From positions 4,021 through 68,020 of the forward strand of contig CAYUZE010000003.1 of assembly GCA_964449585.1 (NCBI GenBank): a stretch of DNA of 64,000 nt, in the 5' to 3' direction. The notes beneath the pieces are model-generated. The model made no database searches, was not told the DNA's origin, and was given only the letters and a program-made list of their open reading frames with translations. Both the position numbers and the translations under genes were made by a program. How positions within the stretch are numbered: position 1 is the stretch's first letter; each line of letters begins with the position of its first letter. The DNA is from an uncultured Gammaproteobacteria bacterium. GTDB lineage: Bacteria > Patescibacteriota > Microgenomatia > UBA10105 > UBA927. Below are positions 56,518 through 64,000 of the stretch, piece after piece.

Positions 56518-58383
56518 ATGCAATCGATTGACGTGCGAAAAAAATTCATCGCGTACTATGTACAGCGGGGACACACAGAAATTCCTTCGGCTCCGATCGT
56601 GCCCTTAAATGATCCCTCGACGCTTTTTACCAGCTCGGGTATGCAGCCGTTGGTGCCCTACCTGTTGGGTGAGCATCATCCTGCAGGCACAAGACTGGTG
56701 GATAGCCAAAAGTCATTCCGTTCACAGGATATCGAAGAAGTCGGCGACAATAGGCATACCACATTTTTTGAAATGTTGGGCAACTGGAGTCTCGGGGATT
56801 ACTTTAAAAAGGATCAGTTACCGTGGATATTCGGGTTTTTGACGGATGAACTCGCCCTTGATCCCAAGCGGTTGTATGTTTCCGTGTTTGAAGGGAACGA
56901 TTCGGTTCCCAAAGATACCGAGTCGATTGCGATCTGGAAAGCGTTATTTGCAAAGGTAGGCATAGACGCGAAAGAAGGGGAGCGAATATTCACGTACCCT
57001 GCCAAGAAAAACTGGTGGAGCAGATCGGGTGAACCGGAAAAAATGCCGCCCGGTGAACCGGGAGGACCGGACAGCGAGGTCTTTTTTGATTTCGGCATTG
57101 AACGGGGATTCCATGAGAACTCACCGTTTAAAAACGACCCGTGCCATCCTAACTGCGACTGCGGCAGATTTATGGAAATCGCCAATTCCGTGTTTATGCA
57201 ATTCCAAAAACAGGAGGACGGTTCGCTTAAAGAGCTATCCCAAAAGAACGTTGATTTCGGCGGAGGATTGGAGCGGATGGTTGCGGCTGCAAACGATGAC
57301 CCCGATGTATTTAACACCGATTTATTTGCCCCCATTATCGCGGCCATCGCATCGTATGCCGGAAAAGCGTACGGGGTTGATAGGAAAGAAACGCAAGCGA
57401 TGCGAGTTATTGCGGATCACCTGAAGGCGGCAACCTTCATGATCGGGGAAGGGTTGTTCCCGAGCAACAAACAACAGGGATATGTATTGCGCAGACTCAT
57501 CCGCAGGGCCGTCGTCAAAATGCATCAACTCGGGGGAACCGGATCAAAGGCAGAATTGGGCATTACGGTGTTTCGCGCGGTGGGAGCTATCTATAAGGAC
57601 GTCTATTTTTCCCCGGAATCTTCAGAATTTCGCGAAAAGGAACAGATTCTTTCGGAGGAGATTCTCCGTTTTGAAAAAGTGCTCCGAACCGGCATGGCGG
57701 AACTCAAAAAACATGAAACGATTACGGGAACCGTCGCTTTTGATTTATTGCAAAGTTACGGTTTTCCCTGGGAACTCACGTATGAACTGGCGCTGGATAA
57801 GGGGCAGGAAGTTGACAGGGACGAATTTCAAAAAGAATTTAAGAAGCACCAGGAACTTTCTCGAACCGCGGCGGCGGGTATGTTCAAAGGAGGACTTGCC
57901 GATCATTCGGAAGCAACCACAAAATTACATACGGCACATCACCTGCTTTTGGCATCGTTACAAAAGCTTATTGATCCTTCCATTAAGCAACGGGGCAGCA
58001 ACATTACGGCGGAACGGCTGCGCATTGATGTGAGCTTCTCGAGAAAATTTACTCAGGATGAATTGAAAAAAGTTGAAGATATGGTAAATGAGCAAATTGC
58101 GAAAAACCTTGCGGTGACGCGGGCGGAAATGCCCCGGGAAGTTGCCGAAAAAATCGGTGCCCAAATGGAATTCGGTGCGAAATATCCCGATAGAGTAAGC
58201 GTGTATATCGTGGGGCTTTCTCCGGAAGTCGGACCGGAGAGCGCATCACGGGATTCCTATTTTTCCGCCGAGTTTTGCGGCGGTCCGCATGTAACCTTTA
58301 CAGGCACGTTAGGTCACTTTAAAATAGTAAAAGAGGATGCAAGTAGTGCCGGGGTACGAAGAATTTACGCAAAGCTCAGTTAA
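56518..58383 (+). CDS. alaS: alanyl-tRNA synthetase, short form lacking the C-Ala domain
   Basis: FTSSGMQP and NWSLGDYFK in the catalytic core. The editing domain carries HTAHHLL and CGGPHV. About 622 aa in total. Confidence 0.85.
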   Translation: MQSIDVRKKFIAYYVQRGHTEIPSAPIVPLNDPSTLFTSSGMQPLVPYLLGEHHPAGTRLVDSQKSFRSQDIEEVGDNRHTTFFEMLGNWSLGDYFKKDQLPWIFGFLTDELALDPKRLYVSVFEGNDSVPKDTESIAIWKALFAKVGIDAKEGERIFTYPAKKNWWSRSGEPEKMPPGEPGGPDSEVFFDFGIERGFHENSPFKNDPCHPNCDCGRFMEIANSVFMQFQKQEDGSLKELSQKNVDFGGGLERMVAAANDDPDVFNTDLFAPIIAAIASYAGKAYGVDRKETQAMRVIADHLKAATFMIGEGLFPSNKQQGYVLRRLIRRAVVKMHQLGGTGSKAELGITVFRAVGAIYKDVYFSPESSEFREKEQILSEEILRFEKVLRTGMAELKKHETITGTVAFDLLQSYGFPWELTYELALDKGQEVDRDEFQKEFKKHQELSRTAAAGMFKGGLADHSEATTKLHTAHHLLLASLQKLIDPSIKQRGSNITAERLRIDVSFSRKFTQDELKKVEDMVNEQIAKNLAVTRAEMPREVAEKIGAQMEFGAKYPDRVSVYIVGLSPEVGPESASRDSYFSAEFCGGPHVTFTGTLGHFKIVKEDASSAGVRRIYAKLS

Positions 58384-58388
58384 TACGT

Positions 58389-60851
58389 GTGATGATGAAA
58401 CTTCCCGATGTCTTTTCAGGATTCCTGCCGAAAAAGGAAGAAACAAAGGATTACTTTTTTTCCTTGTATCTTGACGTTGACGCGGCTGCGGTCGCGGTTT
58501 GGCATATTGATTCCTCCGGGGCTCCCAAAGTAGAAAGTTTTGCTCATGCGGTAATAGCCAGTGATACCTGGGAAGCACGCATACAGGTTGTTGATCGATT
58601 GCTTTCCGCGGCGGAGGAAAAAGTAAAAGCGGCAAAGCCCATCACCAAAACGGTGTTCGGGATCGCCGGGACATATCTTACCCCGGACGGCAACATCACC
58701 GAATCCGTGCGTCCGCACCTCAAAAAACTCTCGCACATGCTGGAACTTACTCCCGTGGGATTTGTGCCGCTTTTCCAAGCGATTGCGTTTTCGATTAAGC
58801 GTGAAGAAGGGGTTCCCACGAGTGCTGTGTTGCTTGGTTGTGCCGGCAAAACCGCCCGCATGAGTCTTTTTCGCGTCGGACAACTGACGCATGATTTTAT
58901 GATGGTGTTCGGGGAGGATCCCGCACTCGCCCTTGAAACCGAACTCAAAAAAATTCAGGACGGTGACGTACTTCCGTCGCGGATGTTGCTCTACGGAGGC
59001 AACGCGCCCGTGCTTGAAGAGACCCGGTCGAAGCTCTTAAAGCATCCGTGGCCGTCACGGGCTAACTTTCTCCATTTTCCGAAAATTGAAACGATTTCGG
59101 TGGAGGATCTGCTGACGTCGGTATCCCTTGCCGGTGCCTCAGAGCTTGCATCGGACATCGGTGAGTCTGCCGAATCAACGAATGCCGGGGAAGAAGTTTC
59201 TGTCGTGGCACAGCCGCCGGCGGTTGCGCATAAAACGCCCGAGACACAAGATTCCGCTGAGGCGGATGAGGTAACGGCGGAAGCGGATGAAGAAGAAGAG
59301 ACGGAAGAAATAGAGGAACAAGAACCGATAACCGAGGATGAGACGGAAGATGAAGTAAGCGAAGAGGAAGCTAGTGAAGAGGAAACCCAAGAGGCGGTCG
59401 CCGGCGTGCAAGGTGAAAGTCTTGGAGATCGTGAGGCGGCATCATTTGAGGACACCGAATCAACCGACGGTGATGATGTTTCCGTCGATGACGAAACGGA
59501 AGAGCTTGCCAATGTGAAGATGGTTACTCCGGAATCGCTCGGTTTTCGCCATGAAGACGTTCTGGAAAAACCGTCCGTATCCTCAGGAACGAAGCATGCT
59601 GCCGCTGCACACGGTACCAAAACACTTCCGTTGGAAAAATTGTCGCACCTGATACCGAAAATTTCACTCGCGGAAGCTAAAGCGAAACTTATGGGGATCA
59701 CGGCGCGCTTTCCCCGCGGCAAAGGGAAATTAGTACCGGTTATCGGGGGAGTACTTGTTCTCGGTCTTGTCCTTTTTGCGCTCTACTATACGGTGCCGAA
59801 GTCAACCATAACGGTGCTTGTGGCATCACAATCAATTGACGAGTCAACGGTTGTTTCCGTTGATCCTCAATCGACCGTTGCCGATCCGGATACGAAAACG
59901 ATTCCCGGAAAAAATCAGGAACAGTCCGTGAGCGGCGAGAAAACCGTTGCGGTGACCGGCAAAAAAAACATCGGTGACCCGGCAAAAGGTACCGTGACGA
60001 TTTATAACAAAGTAACCAGCGGCAGATCGTTCCCCAAAGGAACGATGCTTACGTCCCAAGGGGTGGCATTTACGCTCGATAGCGACGTCAGCGTCGCTTC
60101 GGCAAGTGAAACGATCGGATCCATTACCTTCGGCAAAGCAACGGCGAACGTGACCGCAAAAGAAATCGGACCGAATGGCAACCTCGCGGCAAGTTCAGAA
60201 TTTAGTTTTGCCAACGTGAGCCCCAATAGCGTATCGGCGCGCAATGAATCCGCATTTACCGGGGGAACAAGCAAACAGGTGACCGTGGTGTCTCGCGCGG
60301 ACCAGGATGCGCTTGTTGCAGCAATCACCGAGGAGCTGGTCGAACGGGCAAAGGAACAGCTTCGCACGAGCGGGGCGGCGGGGGATCGTCTGATTGATGC
60401 GACGATCAAGACAGAAGTGGCGGAAAAAGTGTTTGATGCGGAACTCAATCAGGAAGCGCGAGAATTGCACGGCAAAATAACCGTTAAAGTATCGGGCATC
60501 AGCATCGGGGACAGTGATGTGAAGGCGGCCCTGCTTCCGTTGGTGGAAGCAAAGGTTCCTTCCGGGTACCGTCTTGCGCCCGAACAGACCAATGTGACGA
60601 CCAGCAATGTCACCGTGAAAAAAGACGGCACGATTACGCTAACGGCAAAACTTACCGCAGTCGCTCTCCCCGAAGTTGATACCGAGTCGCTTCGGATCAA
60701 ATTGGCGGGAAAACCGGTAACTGAAGCGACCGCGATACTTCGGCAAACCCAGGGAGTGGCGGGTGCAGAATATCGCTTTACGTTATCGCCCTCACATTCA
60801 CGGCTTCCGATGAGCCGGAATAACATCACCATCACCGTCATGGTACAGTAA
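58389..60851 (+). CDS. bitopic membrane protein: N-terminal actin-like (FtsA/PilM/GspL-like) cytoplasmic domain, acidic linker, TM, ~400-aa extracellular Ser/Thr/Val-rich domain
   Basis: YFFSLYLDVDAAAVAVWHID, VFGIAG and AVLLGCAGKTARMSLFRV match ASKHA phosphate/adenosine-like motifs. An E/D-rich stretch runs from residues 290 to 370. The TM is LVPVIGGVLVLGLVLFALYY. Confidence 0.4.
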   Translation: MMMKLPDVFSGFLPKKEETKDYFFSLYLDVDAAAVAVWHIDSSGAPKVESFAHAVIASDTWEARIQVVDRLLSAAEEKVKAAKPITKTVFGIAGTYLTPDGNITESVRPHLKKLSHMLELTPVGFVPLFQAIAFSIKREEGVPTSAVLLGCAGKTARMSLFRVGQLTHDFMMVFGEDPALALETELKKIQDGDVLPSRMLLYGGNAPVLEETRSKLLKHPWPSRANFLHFPKIETISVEDLLTSVSLAGASELASDIGESAESTNAGEEVSVVAQPPAVAHKTPETQDSAEADEVTAEADEEEETEEIEEQEPITEDETEDEVSEEEASEEETQEAVAGVQGESLGDREAASFEDTESTDGDDVSVDDETEELANVKMVTPESLGFRHEDVLEKPSVSSGTKHAAAAHGTKTLPLEKLSHLIPKISLAEAKAKLMGITARFPRGKGKLVPVIGGVLVLGLVLFALYYTVPKSTITVLVASQSIDESTVVSVDPQSTVADPDTKTIPGKNQEQSVSGEKTVAVTGKKNIGDPAKGTVTIYNKVTSGRSFPKGTMLTSQGVAFTLDSDVSVASASETIGSITFGKATANVTAKEIGPNGNLAASSEFSFANVSPNSVSARNESAFTGGTSKQVTVVSRADQDALVAAITEELVERAKEQLRTSGAAGDRLIDATIKTEVAEKVFDAELNQEARELHGKITVKVSGISIGDSDVKAALLPLVEAKVPSGYRLAPEQTNVTTSNVTVKKDGTITLTAKLTAVALPEVDTESLRIKLAGKPVTEATAILRQTQGVAGAEYRFTLSPSHSRLPMSRNNITITVMVQ

Positions 60852-60882
60852 AAGAAGGTAGTTCCTTTCGGAGTAACGTCGT

Positions 60883-61590
60883 ATGGCCATGTACCGCTAT
60901 GTCAAAGCAGTTCCCCGTAAGCCGGTCGCGCGTCCGGTTGTCTTTTCGTATCTCTTAATGTCCATCGGCGTCCTTATCATCATGTGGACGCTTTGGCCGA
61001 TTCTTTCCTTCTTCTTTGTGGATCAGGTGGTGCTTGCTAAAACCGTCAGCCCGCTTTCCGATCCCTCGGGCATGAGTACGGGCGCGGCGCTTGTGTATGC
61101 CAACGGGGCAAAAGATACGACGGATGCCAACACCTGGTTTCCCACAAAGCCGCAGAAGAAAAACTCGGCGCAGGTGAATAGTTATACCGTAAGCATCCCG
61201 TCGCTTGGTATCAGTTCTGCATCGGTGATTATCGCGGGGGACGATCTGGCAAAAAGCCTGATTCACTACGGGGGTACGGCAAATCCCGGCGACTACGGGA
61301 ACACCGTGATTTTCGGGCACTCGACGTTGCCACAGTTTTTCCGGGGAATCAAAGATTACAAGACGATATTTGCCACCCTTCCCACGATAAAAGAAGGCGA
61401 TGAAATATTGGTTACCTATGACGGGTTAGACTATAAATACGTCGTGACCGATAAGATCGTCGTTGAACCCACCGACTTGACGCCGTTGGAACAACGGTTT
61501 GACGATTCATATTTGACGCTGGTTACCTGTGTCCCGCCGGGAACGTATCTGTATCGGTTAAACGTGAAAGCAAAACTTGTCCGTATATAA
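60883..61590 (+). CDS. sortase family transpeptidase
   Basis: N-terminal TM, His in VIFGHSTLP, catalytic TLVTCVPPG (the TLxTC motif) and a downstream Arg. Confidence 0.75.
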   Translation: MAMYRYVKAVPRKPVARPVVFSYLLMSIGVLIIMWTLWPILSFFFVDQVVLAKTVSPLSDPSGMSTGAALVYANGAKDTTDANTWFPTKPQKKNSAQVNSYTVSIPSLGISSASVIIAGDDLAKSLIHYGGTANPGDYGNTVIFGHSTLPQFFRGIKDYKTIFATLPTIKEGDEILVTYDGLDYKYVVTDKIVVEPTDLTPLEQRFDDSYLTLVTCVPPGTYLYRLNVKAKLVRI

Positions 61591-61621
61591 AAGGAATCTT
61601 TACAAGAAAGGAAACACCGCT

Positions 61622-62881
61622 ATGTCCGCAAATTCACAACAGAAAGCAATAGATGCGATCAAGAAAAAACTCGTCGGCAAAAGTTTAAGCTACGATGAGA
61701 TATATTCCATCATGGATGAGATCGCCAATGAAAAATTAAGTCCCGTGCTCACGACTTATTTTGCGGCGGCGGGATTCAAGGAAGGATTTTCGGATGCGGA
61801 GCTGTATTCATTGACTAAAGCGATGGTAGCAACGGGTCCCCGCCTAAAATTTAGCGGCATTGTGGCGGATAAACACTCGGCGGGAGGCGTAGCCGGAACA
61901 CGGACGACGATGATCGTTGTTCCGATAATTGCCGCGGCGGGCTACAAAATTCCCAAAACTTCCACCCGTGCGATTACCTCTCCCGCAGGGACGGCGGACA
62001 CTATGGAAGTAGTGGCACCCGTAACTTTTACGACCGCACAAATTACGCATATCGTTGAAAAAGTCGGCGGGTGTATTGTCTGGGGCGGGCACGTGGGACT
62101 TGCTCCTGCGGACGACATATTAATCCAAGTGGAACGACCGCTCGCGTTTGAATCGTATGACAAAATAATCGTTTCGGTCATGGCAAAAAAGATTGCCTCG
62201 GGAGCAAATCATTTGGTACTCGATCTTCCCGTCGGTCCCACGATGAAGATTCAGCACTTTAAGGATGCGGAACTGATGGCAAAAAAGTTTATGATGCTCG
62301 GCAAAAAATTTAAGATGCATATCGTCATCGACATCAATGAAGTGCGTCAGAATGCAGGGCGCGGCATCGGCCCGGTGCTCGAAGCACGGGATGTATTTCA
62401 GGTGTTGGAACAGGCACCCGAGCGGCCGCTTGCGTTAGAGGCAAAAGCCCTGCGACTTGCGGGCAAACTGTTATCGATTTGCTTTGCCGATACCCCCGGA
62501 AAAAAAGATATGGACGGGGAAGAGGCGGCAAGGGAACTGTTAACAAGCGGCAAGGCGCTCGCAAAGATGCGGGAAATCATCAAGGCGCAGGGCGGAGATC
62601 CGGGTATCATAAGCGGAAAGTTGACGCCGGGGAAAGAGGTGTATGAGCTGAAATCCCCGAAAAAAGGTATGATTGCCGCCATGAATAATCAGCAGATCAC
62701 CGTGATTTGCCGAATATTGGGATGTCCTACCGATAAGCGCGCGGGCATGTATCTTAATAGAAAACTTGAAGAGAGGGTGGATAAGGGTGATATACTAGCT
62801 ACGATTTACAGTTCGGATAAGTGGCGGCTTAAAGAAGCGGCCGAAACGTTAAAAACAATGCCGGTTTATACCGTCGAATGA
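61622..62881 (+). CDS. thymidine/pyrimidine-nucleoside (or AMP) phosphorylase family protein
   Basis: ADKHSAGGVAGTRTTMIVVPIIAAAG...SPAGTADTMEV matches the glycosyltransferase family 3 domain. The start follows an AAGGAAA RBS. Confidence 0.8.
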   Translation: MSANSQQKAIDAIKKKLVGKSLSYDEIYSIMDEIANEKLSPVLTTYFAAAGFKEGFSDAELYSLTKAMVATGPRLKFSGIVADKHSAGGVAGTRTTMIVVPIIAAAGYKIPKTSTRAITSPAGTADTMEVVAPVTFTTAQITHIVEKVGGCIVWGGHVGLAPADDILIQVERPLAFESYDKIIVSVMAKKIASGANHLVLDLPVGPTMKIQHFKDAELMAKKFMMLGKKFKMHIVIDINEVRQNAGRGIGPVLEARDVFQVLEQAPERPLALEAKALRLAGKLLSICFADTPGKKDMDGEEAARELLTSGKALAKMREIIKAQGGDPGIISGKLTPGKEVYELKSPKKGMIAAMNNQQITVICRILGCPTDKRAGMYLNRKLEERVDKGDILATIYSSDKWRLKEAAETLKTMPVYTVE

Positions 62882-62882
62882 T

Positions 62883-63074
62883 ATGTTCAAAAACATGTTG
62901 GCACCGGTTCAGGCGTGGTTGTTAAGTCAGGGAAAGTGTGTCGGATGCGGTAAGGCGCTTTCCGGCGGTACAGGAAGTGAATTAGTCCGCGTCGTATGTA
63001 CCTGCGGACGTATTTATATGTATGACCCGGCGGCAAAAAAATACCGCCGTGCCCTTCTCAATGAAATCAAATAA
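62883..63074 (+). CDS. small zinc-ribbon protein (hypothetical)
   Basis: 63 aa with CVGCG...CTCG, i.e. two CxxC pairs. Confidence 0.3.
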   Translation: MFKNMLAPVQAWLLSQGKCVGCGKALSGGTGSELVRVVCTCGRIYMYDPAAKKYRRALLNEIK

Positions 63075-63081
63075 CACCGTC

Positions 63082-64000
63082 ATGACCAGAGTGTCCGTAT
63101 TCCTCATCGTTCTTATCCTCGTTATGGGAGGCGCGCTTGCCTGGTGGTTTGACAGCACCCGGGCTTCCGATGATACCGATAAAGCACCCGTTACCTTTCG
63201 CATCAATGCGGGAGACGGCGTGCGGGTGATTGCCGCAAATCTTGCCGAGGAAAATCTTATCCGCAGTCCGACCGCATTTTTTGTCCTGATAAAACTCATG
63301 GGTATCGAACGCAATTTGCAGGCGGGTGAATTTCGATTAAATCGCGCCATGGACAGTCGCACGGTAGCACGCGAATTGACCCACGGTATTCAAGATACCT
63401 GGATAACGACGCTGGAAGGATGGCGCAATGAAGAAATCGCCGCGGCACTTTCCAAAAACCTCGATATACCCGAAAGCGAGTTTCTCAAGATAGCCAAACT
63501 GGGGTATATGTTTCCCGATACCTACCTTGTTCCCCAGGACGCTACCGCGGGAGCGATCATCGCCATTTTTACCGCGGCATTTGATAAAAAAGTCACCGCT
63601 GATATGCGGGCGGATATCCGGGCTTCAGGGATGACGCTTCACGAAGTGATTACTTTGGCTTCTATCGTCGAACGCGAAGGGCATACCGATGAAGATCGGC
63701 CGATTATCGCGGGAATACTCCTCAATCGGTTGAAAGCGGGATGGCCGCTCCAAGCGGACGCGACGTTACAGTTTGCCCTGGGGTACCAGCCGCAGGAAAA
63801 AACCTGGTGGAAGAAAGCGCTTTACGATGAAGATAAAAAAGTTAATTCCCCATATAACACGTATGCGAATACGGGACTTCCGCCGGGACCGATCAGTAAT
63901 CCCGGTATCGCGTCCATTCGTGCGGCTATATACCCTAAAAAAACCTCCTACTGGTACTATCTGCATGACCCTTCGGGAGGGGTGCACTATGCGGAAACAC
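63082..64000 (+). CDS. mltG: endolytic murein transglycosylase MltG (YceG-like), partial at window end
   Basis: N-terminal TM and a YceG pattern (LQAGEFRLNRAMDSRTVAREL...LITLASIVEREG). The frame is open to position 64000. Confidence 0.75.
   Translation, partial: MTRVSVFLIVLILVMGGALAWWFDSTRASDDTDKAPVTFRINAGDGVRVIAANLAEENLIRSPTAFFVLIKLMGIERNLQAGEFRLNRAMDSRTVARELTHGIQDTWITTLEGWRNEEIAAALSKNLDIPESEFLKIAKLGYMFPDTYLVPQDATAGAIIAIFTAAFDKKVTADMRADIRASGMTLHEVITLASIVEREGHTDEDRPIIAGILLNRLKAGWPLQADATLQFALGYQPQEKTWWKKALYDEDKKVNSPYNTYANTGLPPGPISNPGIASIRAAIYPKKTSYWYYLHDPSGGVHYAET

Noticed and set aside
58991-59722. 243-aa minus-strand Ser-rich ORF.
   Set aside because: It is antisense to the acidic (GAA/GAG-rich) linker of the 820-aa protein gene. 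TCC/TTC-rich antisense codons produce poly-Ser.
1-64000. Search for tRNA, rRNA, CRISPR arrays and mobile-element signatures.
   Set aside because: No T-loop-like GTTCGA/GGTTCRA motifs in intergenic spaces. No regularly spaced direct repeats outside coding linker repeats. No transposase or integrase ORFs and no long terminal inverted repeats.

Overview
This 64-kb window is densely coded, with about 63 protein-coding genes on both strands. I found no rRNA, tRNA, CRISPR array, transposase or integrase. The gene content points to a small-genome monoderm bacterium, possibly Patescibacteria/CPR-like, but this is an inference from content only. The envelope set includes MurJ, an LCP protein, two FemAB proteins, an M23 peptidase, MltG and a sortase, alongside type IV pilus PilN/PilO homologues. 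Several core proteins look minimised: IF-2 of about 494 aa, an AlaRS without the C-Ala domain, a HrcA of about 240 aa and a DnaJ without a zinc finger. Many surface proteins carry Pro/Thr linkers. The main blocks run as follows. (1) 208-3035: hydrolases and an M23 peptidase. (2) 4121-9296, minus strand: a five-gene glycan operon with a DPPR-synthase-like UbiA prenyltransferase, a WecA-like phosphotransferase, a small membrane protein, a GT-C transferase of the ArnT/PMT type and a processive GT2 synthase with a QxxRW motif. (3) tatD and metG. (4) 12441-16994: rmuC, a YdeN-like serine hydrolase and a UvrD helicase fused to a Cas4-like nuclease. (5) Two tandem FemAB genes, then a PcrA/UvrD helicase divergent from a leaderless tpiA, then an LCP protein. 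(6) 22817-27361, minus strand: pilN-like, pilO-like, a small TM protein, an FN3 protein ending in an IPETG sorting signal, a Cys-rich membrane protein and a PKD-like surface protein. (7) rpsT, murJ, a GH-A hydrolase and a cohesin-domain surface protein. (8) The CIRCE-controlled hrcA-grpE-dnaK operon, dnaJ, then nusA-infB-DHH-rpsO-pnp. (9) A Lon-like AAA+ ATPase with no protease domain, RNase J, ftsK and a RodZ-like gene. (10) Membrane transporters, an Ldh_2 dehydrogenase, cutA, and a second PKD-like paralog. (11) alaS, an 820-aa membrane protein with an actin-like N-terminal domain, a sortase, a thymidine/AMP phosphorylase family gene and a partial mltG. The most interesting signals are a family of putative sortase substrates sharing a non-canonical IP[EV][TSA]G sorting motif, the PilN/PilO-containing surface-protein operon, the protease-less Lon-like ATPase, and the actin-like-domain membrane protein next to the sortase.
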